This document shows, in pieces, positions 10,779 to 21,147 of a stretch of DNA of 64,000 bases. Source of the DNA: Vicinamibacterales bacterium (lineage in GTDB: Bacteria > Acidobacteriota > Vicinamibacteria > Vicinamibacterales > CAVVIG01); the NCBI GenBank assembly GCA_965229885.1, contig CBDDJX010000002.1:423945-487944 (forward strand), given 5' to 3'. Each line of letters begins with the position of its first letter. The first letter of the stretch is position 1. The notes under the pieces are model-generated. The model saw only the letters and a program-made list of their open reading frames with translations. It was not told the DNA's origin and made no database searches. A program made the position numbers and the translations under genes.

Positions 10779-11272
10779 CGGAGCTCTATTTGATTCGCCA
10801 TGGCGTCGCCGAAGAGCGGGGCGAGGCGTGGCCCGACGATACAAAACGGCCGCTGACCGAGGACGGGATGTCGAAGCTGCGCAAGACCGCGCGTGCGCTG
10901 GAGTGCCTCGGCGTCACGCTCGATGTCATCGTGACGAGCCCGCTTGTCCGCACGCGGCAGACCGCCGAGATGATCGCCGGTGGGCTCGAGCCCCATCCAC
11001 CCGTCGTAACGGCGGATTCGCTGGCGCCAGGGGGAACCGTCGCGGCCCTGCTGTCGGATCTCGAGAAGTACGCCAAGCGCGAGCGCATCGCGCTCGTCGG
11101 TCACGAGCCGGGGATCGGCGAGCTGGCCGCCCGACTCGTCGGCACGCGGCATCCGATTCCGTTCAAGAAGGGCGCGGTCTGCCGCATCGACGTCGAAGAG
11201 CTGCCGCCGGTCGGCCCGGGGGATCTCCGTTGGTTCCTCACGCCGAAGATTATGAGGAGCATACGTCGGTAA
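10775..11272 (+). CDS. sixA: Phosphohistidine phosphatase SixA
   Basis: LIRHG, RPLT, SPLVRTRQTA, LVGHEP. Confidence 0.9.
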   Translation: MTELYLIRHGVAEERGEAWPDDTKRPLTEDGMSKLRKTARALECLGVTLDVIVTSPLVRTRQTAEMIAGGLEPHPPVVTADSLAPGGTVAALLSDLEKYAKRERIALVGHEPGIGELAARLVGTRHPIPFKKGAVCRIDVEELPPVGPGDLRWFLTPKIMRSIRR

Positions 11273-11275
11273 GGC

Positions 11276-11707
11276 TTAGCACCTCAGATAATCCCCCTGC
11301 CAGCTCTTCACGCGTTCCTTGATCGCCTTCGTCGCGAGGCTGCCGGCCAGAACCTCACGCACCAGTCCTGGTAGCTCATCGTCGGCGGCGAACCGGAGCG
11401 CGACAAGCTGCTGCGGGGTCAGTTCGGGAATCCGGCCATGCAGGTCAGAGGGCAGGACCTCCTTCAGCCGATGCCGCATTTCGAGTCGAATCACTCGATC
11501 CTGAACCGTGAGCGTCATGGTGCGCGCGAGGACGCCGAGCGTGAGCAGCGCGGCCGCCACCACGACCGTCCATGCGGTGCTTCTCGAGGGCGCCAGATAG
11601 GCATGGCGAATGGTGTTCAAGACGTTGATCAACAGTACGGGGAGAACGAAGAAGTGGAACGGAGGAAGCAGGCGAAAGTGGTTCTTGAGGGTCTGCGTTT
11701 GCGGCAT
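11276..11707 (-). CDS. Small membrane protein (DUF6526-like)
   Basis: QDRVIRLEMR, QLVALRFAADDEL, IKERVKSWQGDYLR; GGAG RBS. Confidence 0.75.
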   Translation of the reverse strand: MPQTQTLKNHFRLLPPFHFFVLPVLLINVLNTIRHAYLAPSRSTAWTVVVAAALLTLGVLARTMTLTVQDRVIRLEMRHRLKEVLPSDLHGRIPELTPQQLVALRFAADDELPGLVREVLAGSLATKAIKERVKSWQGDYLRC

Positions 11708-11778
11708 CGGGCTTACTCCTTGCCGCCGATTCTACGACTGTGCCATCTAGCCGTCTACGAATCGATCGCCGGAGCGGT

Positions 11779-11834
11779 TTGACATCCCGGACGTCAGATA
11801 CCTAGACTCGGGCTGCACCCGGACATCGGATACC
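11779..11834 (+). promoter_or_regulatory. Sigma70-like promoter with two 17-bp direct repeats
   Basis: TTGACA (11779)-18 nt-TAGACT (11803); CCCGGACGTCAGATACC (11786) and CCCGGACATCGGATACC (11818). Confidence 0.45.
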
Positions 11835-12044
11835 GGTGCCCCTACACGGGCTCATGTCGGGTACGTTCTGTCAGGTCCGCTGGCCCATCAGTTGACCCGC
11901 ACCGTCGCTGCCACCGTGGGCCCGCCAATCAGCGCGGGGATTGCCGAAAGGTTCACCGTCTCCGCGACGTCAAACAAGATAGAACGCGTAAATCTGCGCC
12001 GAGCGGATGTCGGGCACAGGCACCAGCTTATCGGATACAGGCGC

Positions 12045-12069
12045 GTCACATGGTTAACGAAGATGTAAC
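12045..12069 (+). promoter_or_regulatory. Putative Pho box upstream of porin-pstSCA
   Basis: TTAAC (12054) and GTAAC (12065) at 11-bp spacing, plus upstream GTCAC. Confidence 0.45.
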
Positions 12070-12153
12070 GTGGGCGACTCACGTCGGACATACCTCGTCG
12101 CTACCGTGGAAGCACGATGCTCCCTGGGCCCTTCCCGGGAGAAGGAGGCTTTC

Positions 12154-13317
12154 TTGCGACGAGTCCTTGTTTCCGCGGTCATCCTGATCGCCTTGACTGC
12201 CACGGCGTCAGCCCAGCAGGCCGACAGCCCGACCGCCGCTCAAGCAGCGCAAGCTTCGAGCAATAATAAAAAGGGGCAATCAACCTACGACAAGATCTGG
12301 AAGTTCGCCGAGTGGTACGAAAACGACTCACATCCCGTTGTCCAGCGAGTGTTGTTCAGTGGGCGATACCAGCACGAGTACGCAGCGATCGATGCTGATG
12401 AAGGGGACCTCAGCGAGTGGAACGTCCGTCGCATGCGGCTTGGCCCGAGAGTGACGCTATTCCGCACGTTCACACTTCATGGCGAAGTTGAGCTCAATCC
12501 AGAGGAAGCGGACCCGTTCTACGTGCGCCTTACGGACATGTACGTGCAGTGGAGCAAAAGCGGCACATTCGTGCTGACGGTTGGGAAGCACGGCGTCCCG
12601 TTCACGATGGACGGGTCGACTTCCTCCAAGGAGCTCCTCGCGATCGACCGAAGCAACCTGAGCAACAACATCTGGTTTCCCCAGGAGTACGTTCCGGGCG
12701 TCAGCGTTTCGGGCAGGCTCGCGCCGTGGGTCTATCGAGCAGGCGTCTACTCGGCAGGCGAAGCCAGCCGCGAATTCGGCGAGTTCAACGGCGGCGTCTT
12801 CACCCTCGGCGTCCTCGGCTACGATTTTGCGCAATCGCTCGGAGTGAAGGAAGCGTTGCTGGCTGGCAACTACGTATGTCAGCATCCGGATCCTCAGAAC
12901 ACCTTCACGCGACAGCTGGAGCACATTGTCTCCGTCAATTTCAAAATCCAGGCCGACACGTGGGGGATGCGAACGGATGTTTCGGCTGCGTCGGGGTATC
13001 TGGATCAGAGCGATCTTTGGGGCTTGATGGCCATGCCCTTTGTCAAGGCCACCGACAAGCTCGAGTTCGTCGGTCGCTACACATTCCTTGCCAGTGATGA
13101 CACGAATGGCGTCCGCCTCGCGACGTACGAAAGCCGGCTGGTCTCAGGCCGCGGCGACCGCTACAACGAGCTGTATCTCGGCGCCAACTACTACTTCTAC
13201 GGCCACAAGCTCAAACTGCAAAGCGGCGTTCAGTTCGCCGACATGAACGGTCGCGCCGCCGACGACGGCGCCTATTCGGGCGTTTCGTGGACAACAGGCT
13301 TGCGCGTCGGCTGGTAA
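12154..13317 (+). CDS. Phosphate-selective porin, OprO/OprP-like
   Basis: Signal peptide, VRRMRLG, alternating beta strands, LGANYYF, terminal Trp; AGGAGG before TTG; upstream of pstS. Confidence 0.82.
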   Translation: MRRVLVSAVILIALTATASAQQADSPTAAQAAQASSNNKKGQSTYDKIWKFAEWYENDSHPVVQRVLFSGRYQHEYAAIDADEGDLSEWNVRRMRLGPRVTLFRTFTLHGEVELNPEEADPFYVRLTDMYVQWSKSGTFVLTVGKHGVPFTMDGSTSSKELLAIDRSNLSNNIWFPQEYVPGVSVSGRLAPWVYRAGVYSAGEASREFGEFNGGVFTLGVLGYDFAQSLGVKEALLAGNYVCQHPDPQNTFTRQLEHIVSVNFKIQADTWGMRTDVSAASGYLDQSDLWGLMAMPFVKATDKLEFVGRYTFLASDDTNGVRLATYESRLVSGRGDRYNELYLGANYYFYGHKLKLQSGVQFADMNGRAADDGAYSGVSWTTGLRVGW

Positions 13318-13365
13318 GGCGTCTGCTCCACGCGCTACTGTAGAACTTGGCAAAAGAGGAAACCT

Positions 13366-14412
13366 ATGACATCGATTCGAACGCTCATCGCGGCTATCGC
13401 GTGCACAACCGTCGCCGGTTGCAGTGGTGGCAATCAACAGTCTGAGCAGCAGAACACGATCCAGATCAACGGAGCGGGCGCGACCTTTCCCTTTCCGATC
13501 TACTCAAAGTGGTTCGACGAGTATCACAAGCGGCATCCGAACGTGCAGATCAACTACCAGTCGGTTGGATCTGGCGCCGGCATCCGTCAGCTCGTGAACC
13601 AGACGGTGTTCTTCGGCGCGACCGACGGACCGATGACCGACGAGCAACTCACATCCGCGCCCGGCCCGATTTTGCATTTGCCGGCCGTCCTGGGTGCGGT
13701 CGTACCCGTGTACAAGATCCCGAACCTCGACGCTGAGCTGAAGTTCAACGGCGCGGTGCTGGCGGATATCTTTCTCGGCAAGATCACGAAGTGGAACGAT
13801 CCCGCTCTGGCCAAGCTGAACGCCGGCGTCACGCTGCCGAATACCGACATCACCGTCGTTCACCGGTCCGACGGTTCGGGCACGACGTACATCTGGGTCG
13901 ACTATCTGGCGAAGGTGTCGCCCGAATGGAAGATGCAGGTCGGGGTCGGCACCTCTCCGAACTGGCCGGTCGGCGTCGGCGGCAAGGGCAACGAGGGCGT
14001 CGCCGGTCTGGTGACGCAGTTGCCAGGGTCGATCGGCTACGTCGAGCTGATCTACGCGCTGCAGACTAAGATCAGTTACGGCCGCGTGGAAAACATGGCC
14101 GGCGAATTCGTCAAGGCTTCCGTCGAGTCGGTGACGGCCGCCGCCGCCGCTGCCGCGCCCACCATGCCGGTGGATTTCCGCGTGTCGATGACGAACGCAG
14201 CGGGCCCGGGCGTCTACCCGATCGCGTCGTTCACGTGGCTTCTGTTTTACGAGGACCCGCAGGACAAAGCGCAGGCGAAGGCGATGGCGGACTTCATGAA
14301 TTGGGCCCTCAGCGACGGCCAGAAGTACTGCGCGGAGCTTGGGTACGCGCCGCTTCCGGCCAGGATCGTCCAGCTCGAGTTGGCCGCGGTCGAGAAGATC
14401 AAAGTCAGTTAG
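13366..14412 (+). CDS. pstS: Phosphate-binding lipoprotein
   Basis: Lipobox VAGC; GAGATFP, YQSVGSGAG, HRSDGSGTT, GKGNEGV. Confidence 0.96.
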   Translation: MTSIRTLIAAIACTTVAGCSGGNQQSEQQNTIQINGAGATFPFPIYSKWFDEYHKRHPNVQINYQSVGSGAGIRQLVNQTVFFGATDGPMTDEQLTSAPGPILHLPAVLGAVVPVYKIPNLDAELKFNGAVLADIFLGKITKWNDPALAKLNAGVTLPNTDITVVHRSDGSGTTYIWVDYLAKVSPEWKMQVGVGTSPNWPVGVGGKGNEGVAGLVTQLPGSIGYVELIYALQTKISYGRVENMAGEFVKASVESVTAAAAAAAPTMPVDFRVSMTNAAGPGVYPIASFTWLLFYEDPQDKAQAKAMADFMNWALSDGQKYCAELGYAPLPARIVQLELAAVEKIKVS

Positions 14413-14417
14413 TCTAT

Positions 14418-14456
14418 GCGGGAAGGGCTGGATGGGCTGGAAGCGCGGGATGGGCC
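14418..14456 (+). repeat. G-rich 9-mer repeat, also present inside dnaE2
   Basis: GCGGGAAGGGCTGGATGGGCTGGA versus 30937-30960 GCGGGAAGGGCGGGATGGGCAGGA. Confidence 0.6.
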
Positions 14457-15397
14457 GTAGCGGCGACGCCGGGTTCCGGATGGGGACCGGTGTGTTCGCG
14501 CTTGCGCTCGTCCTGATCGTTCTCGCCATCGGCTTCGAGTTGTCGCGGCAGTCGATGGAATCGATTCAGAAGTTCGGCCTGGACTTCTGGCGGACCTCGA
14601 CTTGGGATCCGGTCGCCGGCGAGTTCGGGGCGCTGCCGTTCATCTGGGGCACGCTGTATTCGTCCATCCTCGCCCTCGTCATCGCGACTCCTGTCTCGCT
14701 CGGCATCGCGATCTTCACTTCCGAATTGTGTCCAGGCTGGCTCAGGCAGCCGCTCGTCTTTCTGACGGAGCTGCTCGCCGCCATTCCTTCAATCGTCTAC
14801 GGTCTCTGGGGCATCTTCGTGATGGTGCCCGCTGTGCGATCGTTTGAAGTGGCGGTACCGGACTGGCTGCGGCGGACACCGTTTTTCAGCGGCCCGCCGC
14901 TCGGCGTCGGCATGCTCGCCGCAGCAGTGATTCTCGCGATCATGGTCATCCCGTTCACGTCGTCGGTGGCGCGCGAGGTCCTCAAGTCGGTACCGCTCGC
15001 CCAGCGCGAAGGCGCGTACGCGCTCGGCGCCACGCGCTTCGAGGCCATTCGCGCGGCGCTCTTCTGCGCGCGCACCGGCATCATCGGCGCCATCATGCTC
15101 GGCTTCGGGCGCGCGCTCGGGGAGACGATGGCCGTCACGATGGTGATCGGGAACAATCCGCAGGTATCGGCGTCGCTCTTCGCGCCGCAGTACACGATGG
15201 CGGCTGTCGTCGCCAACGAATTCACTGAAGCGGCGGACGATCTCTACCTGTCGGCTCTGGTCGAAATCGGCCTCGTCCTCTTCATCATTACCCTCATCGT
15301 GAATGCGCTGTCCCGCCTGCTGATTTGGAGTATGGCCCGGCCCGGCAAGCCTCGTATGGCCGCATCGGTGGTGCCCGCCGAGGGGTCGGCAGCATGA
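14450..15397 (+). CDS. pstC: Phosphate ABC transporter permease
   Basis: ELLAAIPSIVYGLWG, GRALGETMAVTMVIGN; start approximate. Confidence 0.95.
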   Translation: MGRSGDAGFRMGTGVFALALVLIVLAIGFELSRQSMESIQKFGLDFWRTSTWDPVAGEFGALPFIWGTLYSSILALVIATPVSLGIAIFTSELCPGWLRQPLVFLTELLAAIPSIVYGLWGIFVMVPAVRSFEVAVPDWLRRTPFFSGPPLGVGMLAAAVILAIMVIPFTSSVAREVLKSVPLAQREGAYALGATRFEAIRAALFCARTGIIGAIMLGFGRALGETMAVTMVIGNNPQVSASLFAPQYTMAAVVANEFTEAADDLYLSALVEIGLVLFIITLIVNALSRLLIWSMARPGKPRMAASVVPAEGSAA

Positions 15398-16233
15398 ACG
15401 CCCGGAAGGTGACGTCCGCTCTATTTGTCGGGTTCTGCGGCCTGTCGGTGCTCGTCGCGCTCGTACCGCTCGCGTTCGTGTTGTTCTTCGTCGTCAGCCA
15501 GGGCATCCAGGCGGTCAATGTCGATTTCTTCACACAGATGCCGAAGCCGGTCGGCGAACCCGGTGGCGGCATGGCCAACGCCATCGTCGGCACGCTCCTT
15601 GTGACGTCGCTCGGATCGCTAATGGCGATACCTATTGGAGTCATGAGCGGCGTGTATATGTCTGAATACGCCGGCACGCGTCTCTCAAGCGCCGTGCGGT
15701 TTGCCGCGGACGCCTTGAACGGCGTGCCGTCGATCGTGATCGGTGTGTTCGTCTACGGGATTGCCGTGCTGCCGTTCAAGCAATTCAGCGCGCTGGCCGG
15801 CGGCGTCGCACTCGGCATCATGATGATTCCGATCATCGCGCGCACGACCGAAGAGCTGCTGCTGCTCGTCCCCAATACGATGCGAGAGGGTGCGCTCGCG
15901 CTCGGCGCGACGCGCGCGCGCGCCGTCTTCACCGTCGTAGTACCAGCGGCGCTGCCCGGCATCATCACGGGGATCGTGCTCGCCCTGGCGCGCATTGCGG
16001 GCGAGACCGCACCGCTCCTCTTTACGTCATTCAACAATCGCTTCTTTACGACGAGCCTGCGTCAGCCAATCGCGACGCTCACCGTGCAGATCTACACCTA
16101 CGCCATCTCCCCGTACGAGGATTGGCACCGGCAGGCGTGGGCCGGCGCGCTTGTGCTTGTCACGATCGTGCTCTGTTGTTCGCTGCTCGCACGCCTTGCC
16201 ACACGGCGCATCGAGGGCCTCCGCGGCCAGTAG
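15394..16233 (+). CDS. pstA: Phosphate ABC transporter permease
   Basis: GVPSIVIG, ARIAGETAPLLFT, AWAGALVL; ATGA overlap with pstC. Confidence 0.95.
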   Translation: MNARKVTSALFVGFCGLSVLVALVPLAFVLFFVVSQGIQAVNVDFFTQMPKPVGEPGGGMANAIVGTLLVTSLGSLMAIPIGVMSGVYMSEYAGTRLSSAVRFAADALNGVPSIVIGVFVYGIAVLPFKQFSALAGGVALGIMMIPIIARTTEELLLLVPNTMREGALALGATRARAVFTVVVPAALPGIITGIVLALARIAGETAPLLFTSFNNRFFTTSLRQPIATLTVQIYTYAISPYEDWHRQAWAGALVLVTIVLCCSLLARLATRRIEGLRGQ

Positions 16234-16305
16234 GGTCAAGAAAACTACGCGACCATGGTCGTGGCGCAGATAGGACTTCAGTCCGGCCGTCTTCGTGGTT
16301 GCCTT

Positions 16306-17217
16306 TCAGGCTGTGACTACGATCCGATTCCGGAGCATCCCGACCCCCTCGATTTCCGTCTCGACGACGTCGCCGTCTTTGAGGTACTCGGGCGGCGTCC
16401 ATCCCAGGTCGACGCCTTCGGGCGTGCCGGTCGAGATGATATCGCCAGCCTCGAGCGTCATTCCGCGCGAGAGGTACTCCAGAATGACGTTGACCGGGAA
16501 GATCATCTCGCCTGTCGTGGCGTCCTGCCGCGTCTCGCCGTTGACACGCAGCGTGATGCGCTTCTTCTGAGGATCACCGAACTCGTCAGAGGTGACGATG
16601 ACTGGCCCCATGGGACAGAAGCCGTCCAGGCTCTTCCCTTTGAACCACTGCTTGTGCCCAAACTGAAGATCCCTCGCAGAGACGTCGTTGATGACGGTGT
16701 AGCCGAAGACATGATCGAGCGCAGTGTCGCGCTGGATGTTCTTCCCACGGACGCCGATGACGACACCGAGTTCGGCTTCGTAATCGACTTGAGTGGTGGC
16801 GGACCGGTCCCACGGAATGGGATCAAACGGTCCGTTCGCACTCGTCGAGGCCTTCGTGAAGAACACCGGAATCTCCGGAACCTTCATCGGGCTGTCGATC
16901 CGCGTCGTCTCACGCACGTGGCTGGCGTAGTTCTTGCCGACGCAGACGATGTTCTTCAGCGGGCGTGGAATCGGCGCGTGCCAGCGGACGTCGGCGGGGG
17001 AGTGGCCACCCGCAAAGGATCTTCCGGAAAACTGGGCGCTGTACCGCTCGGCGGTCCGGCGCCAAGCGTCAACGCCCGATTGAATCAGCTCCAGCAGGGT
17101 TGGCAGAACCGGACCAGAGCCCGCAAGCAGCTTCTGAACGTCCACTATTCTGCCCTCATGAACGACGCCGAGTCGCGCCGTCGGATCATCCAGGGTCGAA
17201 AACGTCGCATATCGCAT
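16306..17217 (-). CDS. Fumarylacetoacetate hydrolase family protein
   Basis: CVGKNYASH, DYEAEL, NDVSARD, GKSLDGFCPMGP, TGTPEGV. Confidence 0.9.
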   Translation of the reverse strand: MRYATFSTLDDPTARLGVVHEGRIVDVQKLLAGSGPVLPTLLELIQSGVDAWRRTAERYSAQFSGRSFAGGHSPADVRWHAPIPRPLKNIVCVGKNYASHVRETTRIDSPMKVPEIPVFFTKASTSANGPFDPIPWDRSATTQVDYEAELGVVIGVRGKNIQRDTALDHVFGYTVINDVSARDLQFGHKQWFKGKSLDGFCPMGPVIVTSDEFGDPQKKRITLRVNGETRQDATTGEMIFPVNVILEYLSRGMTLEAGDIISTGTPEGVDLGWTPPEYLKDGDVVETEIEGVGMLRNRIVVTA

Positions 17218-17237
17218 GCCGGCGGCGATTATAGCGT

Positions 17238-17363
17238 TCAAAGTCTGGTGAGTTCACACTCCCGAGCTGGGCCGGTCAGTTTGCCCTGGTCTGTCTGCGC
17301 AGATGTAACCGCTGAAATCGTGGCAATCAAGATTGCCGTCATCAGCCACTTGAAACACTTCAT
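17238..17363 (-). pseudogene. 41-codon signal-peptide ORF, probable stub of a TonB-dependent-receptor-like exported protein
   Basis: AGGAGG RBS; MKCFKWLMTAILIATISAVTSA-QTDQGKLTG then abrupt divergence. Confidence 0.45.
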
Positions 17364-17462
17364 CGTTCCTCCTGAAATATGAGTCGAGGAGGAATCGTAA
17401 AGGCCCGCTGTCATCCGCTTATGACGGATATGTTATGGGCGGGTTAACTCGATGATTGCGGG

Positions 17463-18251
17463 CTAAATAGTCGTGCCGGGCGGGATGACGCCGTCCTTGG
17501 GGACAACGATGACGCCGTTTCTGATGACGAAGCCGTCGCCATCGGCCTCTTCCACTCCCGCTTCGTTGACCAGCCGTGCCCCGTCGCCGATGCGGGCGTT
17601 CTTGTCGACGATGACGCGGTCGAGCACGACGTCTCGGCCGATGCCGAGCCGCGGGTACTCGACATCATCGTCGGATTCGTAGGCGTCGGCACCGAGCAGG
17701 ACTGCGCGCCGGACGACCGCTCCAGGCTGAATCGTCGTGCGAATGCCGATGATCGATTCCTCGACCGTGCAGTGATCGAGGGAGCAGCCCTCCGCGAGGA
17801 GGACGTCGCGAACGGAGCAGTCGCTCACCCGCGACCCCGGCAGGAAGCGCGGATGCGTATAGATCGGCCGCCGCGGATCGTAGAACTTGAACGGCGCGCT
17901 GGGGCGCGTGAGCATGATGTTCGCGTCGTAAAACGAGCCGACCGTGCCCTGGAACCAGTGCGGGTTGTCCGGCGTCTGCTCGGCCGCGAGCACCTCGACG
18001 AACCCCGGACTGAACAGATCCATCCGGTAGGTCTGCGAGATGTGACGGTTGAGCGAGGCCGAGTTGAACTGCGTCAGGACGAAGATCCGCCGGATGCCGG
18101 CGTGCAGGCAGTTGCTCACTGGAATGTCGATCAAACGGCACTCACCGCCGATCGGTACGGCCGGCTTGGAGCGGTGCTGCGTCAGCGGGAAGAGTCGAGT
18201 GCCCTGGCCGCCGCCAAGAATCAGCGCCAGCGCTTTTTGACTTGCAGCCAT
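17463..18251 (-). pseudogene. glgC: Glucose-1-phosphate adenylyltransferase with large in-frame internal deletion
   Basis: [21 protein letters not shown]; WFQGT joined directly to [11 protein letters not shown]; C-terminal beta-helix intact; only 262 aa. Confidence 0.85.
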
Positions 18252-18359
18252 ACGACCAGCGAATAGTACTCCGTCACACGAAGCATTCCGTACCTGTCAA
18301 GCGTTCATCGTACCATCGGCACGAATGCGTCGTTGCCCCCTGCGAAACTCACGGGTCGG

Positions 18360-19691
18360 TCATGCTGGCAGCGCGACCGTAAATCGCGCGCCGCCTCCGG
18401 CGCAGTTCTCGGCTCGGACCGTGCCTCCGTGCAGCTCGACCAGATGCCTCACGATCGCGAGACCCAATCCCGTCCCGCCGGGATCGCGGGAGCGTGACTT
18501 GTCCACGCGGTAGAACCGTTCGAACACACGCGACAAATCCTCCCCGGGAATGCCGGGCCCCTCGTCCAGCACCGAGATCGAGACGAAGCCATTGATGCGC
18601 AACGCTTCGATTCGCACCGTTGTGCCCTCCGGCCCGTAGGTGATGGCGTTGGCGACCAGGTTGCGCAGCGCGTCATGCAGCCCGGCCGGATCGCCGCGGA
18701 CGATTTCGGCGTCGGGCGCAATCGCGATGTCGATGCGCTGCTGCCGCGTCGCGAGGGCGCGCGCGAGATCGGCGGCGACCGCCTGGGCGAGCGTGCGGGT
18801 CTCGCACGCGACGACCGCGAGCGTCTCCTGGCCGGCATCGAGCCGCGCCAGTCGCAGCAGATCTCTGACCAGCCGCTCCATGCGCTCGGTCTGGCGCGTA
18901 ATGATCGCGAGGAAGTGGCGGCTCTCTTCGGGGTTCGCGTCATCCTCGGACAGCGCTTCCAGGTATCCGCGGATGGCGGTCAGCGGCGTGCGCAGCTCGT
19001 GCGACACGTTGGCGACGAAGTCGCGTCGAATCTGATCTGCACGCTTCAGATCGGTGATGTCGTGCAGCACGACGACCACGCCGTGCGCGGAGTCGCCGGT
19101 CGCCGGCGCCGCGCGGGCGACGATTGTGCGCGAGGGGTCGCGGGGCGGCGAGAACTGCAGCGGTTCCGGCACGCGATGGGACAACGTCGAGGCCAGGAGC
19201 TCTGCGATCGCGGGATGGCGAATCGTCTCGACGTACGGACGTCCGACGCCGACAGCGTCCAGTTTCAAGATCTGCCGCGCCGCGTCGTTGGCGATCTGGA
19301 GCCGTCCCTGCGGGTCGACGACGATGACGCCTTCCACCATGCCCGTGAGAATGGCTTCCATCCGGCCGCGATCGCGCGCCTGCTCGGCGAGCCGCCGTCC
19401 TACCTCCTGCACCGATTCGTCCATCGACCGCGCGACCATGCCCAGTTCGTCGTCGCCAAAATCGATCCGCGTGGGCGTCAGGTCGCCGGCGCGGTAGCGC
19501 TCGGCGACGTGCGCGACGCCGCGCACCCGGTGGCGGATCCGCGCCGACGCGATCCAAGCAATGAGTGCAGCCAGAAGAACCGCGAGGACGAGCGCCGCGG
19601 GCGTGACGCCGAGTACACCGGCCACCCCCAGCGCAACGACCGTCGAGCTCAGGGCGACGACGAAGAACTTGGCCTGGAAGGTCTGGGTCAC
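18360..19691 (-). CDS. phoR: PhoR-like sensor histidine kinase (TM-HAMP-PAS-HisKA-HATPase)
   Basis: [38 protein letters not shown]; near pst genes. Confidence 0.85.
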   Translation of the reverse strand: MTQTFQAKFFVVALSSTVVALGVAGVLGVTPAALVLAVLLAALIAWIASARIRHRVRGVAHVAERYRAGDLTPTRIDFGDDELGMVARSMDESVQEVGRRLAEQARDRGRMEAILTGMVEGVIVVDPQGRLQIANDAARQILKLDAVGVGRPYVETIRHPAIAELLASTLSHRVPEPLQFSPPRDPSRTIVARAAPATGDSAHGVVVVLHDITDLKRADQIRRDFVANVSHELRTPLTAIRGYLEALSEDDANPEESRHFLAIITRQTERMERLVRDLLRLARLDAGQETLAVVACETRTLAQAVAADLARALATRQQRIDIAIAPDAEIVRGDPAGLHDALRNLVANAITYGPEGTTVRIEALRINGFVSISVLDEGPGIPGEDLSRVFERFYRVDKSRSRDPGGTGLGLAIVRHLVELHGGTVRAENCAGGGARFTVALPA

Positions 19692-20377
19692 GGCGAGCCG
19701 ACGAGTTTGTAGCCGAACTGCTTCACGGTGACGAGCGCTTCGGTGAGCGGCGGCAGCTTCTCGCGGAGCCGGCGCACGTGCACGTCGACCGTGCGGGTTC
19801 CGCCGGTGTAGCGATAGCCCCAGACCTGTTCGAGCAGGATGTCGCGCGACAAGAGGCGACCGCGATGCTGCAGCAGATACGCCAGCAGCAGAAATTCTTT
19901 CGCGGTGAGCGCGACCTCTCGGCCATCGAGCAGGACGGTGTGCCGGTCGGGGTCGAGGACGATCGCGCCGAGCGAGAGCGGCCGGCCCGACGGCGCGTCG
20001 TGGCGCTGCGCGCGCCGAAGCAGCGCCCGCACGCGGGCGACCAGCTCGTTCGGGCTGAAGGGCTTTGCGAGGTAGTCGTCGGCGCCCATCTCGAGGCCGA
20101 CGATGCGATCGGACTCCTCGGCGCGGGCGGTCAGCATGATGATCGGGATGGTCGCCGTGTGCTCGTTGGCGCGCAGCAGCCGGCAGACCTCGAGTCCGTC
20201 GACGTGCGGCAGCATGACATCGAGCACGATGAGATCCGGCGTCTTGGCGCGCACCGCGTCGAGCGCGTCGCGCCCCGACGACACGCGCGTGGCCGCGTAC
20301 CCGGCCTTCTCGAGATACCGTGCAACCAGTTCCGCGATGTCGAGATCGTCCTCGACCACCAGGACGCGTGTAGACAT
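19688..20377 (-). CDS. phoB: OmpR/PhoB family response regulator
   Basis: [33 protein letters not shown]; overlaps phoR start. Confidence 0.82.
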   Translation of the reverse strand: MSTRVLVVEDDLDIAELVARYLEKAGYAATRVSSGRDALDAVRAKTPDLIVLDVMLPHVDGLEVCRLLRANEHTATIPIIMLTARAEESDRIVGLEMGADDYLAKPFSPNELVARVRALLRRAQRHDAPSGRPLSLGAIVLDPDRHTVLLDGREVALTAKEFLLLAYLLQHRGRLLSRDILLEQVWGYRYTGGTRTVDVHVRRLREKLPPLTEALVTVKQFGYKLVGSP

Positions 20378-20384
20378 GCGTTGC

Positions 20385-21077
20385 TTAGAGCAGTCGAATC
20401 ATCAGCGGGCAGCCCCAGGCCAGGCCGAGGGCGATTGAGAAGACACCGACGATGAGCGAGATGCTGCGCGCGCTGCCCTGATGCGCGTGGAGCCGCGCGA
20501 GCGGCCAACCGAGCACGCCAGACAGCGCCGCCATCCCGACCGTCGACCCGAGTCCAAACAGCGAAATGTAGGCAATCCGCGCCGCCGTCGTCGGCAGGGT
20601 CGTCAGCACGAGCGCGGTGAGCGCGCCGCTGCCCGCGAGTCCATGCACCGCGCCGACGAGGAGCGGCCGGCGGGCGAGCGTCCAGCGTCCCACGTGCACG
20701 TGCGCCGGAACAGCGGCATGACGGTGGACGAGGTGTCCGTGCTGATGAACGTGTGCGGGGCCGACCGTGCCCTGGCGGGCGGCCTGATGGACCGCGCGCC
20801 AACCGAGGCCGATCAGCATCAGCGCCACCGAGAACTCGAACGCGTCGGAGACGCGGGGGGGCATCTCCGCTCGCAGTAGGAGGAGCACGGCGCCGACCGC
20901 CAGCAGCGACAGCGTATGACCGAGTCCCCAGCAGGCGCCGACGAGCGCCGCCTGGTAGCCGTTGCGCTCGCGCGTCACCATCGTCGAGACAGCGGCCAGG
21001 TGATCCGGTTCGAGCGCGTGGCGCATGCCGAGGAGCGAGCCGAGCCCGGAGCTCGTGAGGAGTTCGAGTACTGGCAT
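20385..21077 (-). CDS. Nickel/cobalt transporter-like (NiCoT/UreH-type) membrane protein
   Basis: RHALEPDH, WGLGHT, His-rich loop, HGLAGSG. Confidence 0.82.
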   Translation of the reverse strand: MPVLELLTSSGLGSLLGMRHALEPDHLAAVSTMVTRERNGYQAALVGACWGLGHTLSLLAVGAVLLLLRAEMPPRVSDAFEFSVALMLIGLGWRAVHQAARQGTVGPAHVHQHGHLVHRHAAVPAHVHVGRWTLARRPLLVGAVHGLAGSGALTALVLTTLPTTAARIAYISLFGLGSTVGMAALSGVLGWPLARLHAHQGSARSISLIVGVFSIALGLAWGCPLMIRLL

Positions 21078-21147
21078 GGTGTCGCGACTGGCCGCTATCT
21101 TACGTGAATCTGCCTGGTCTTGCCTGGCGGTGAGGCGGAGGCCGTCG

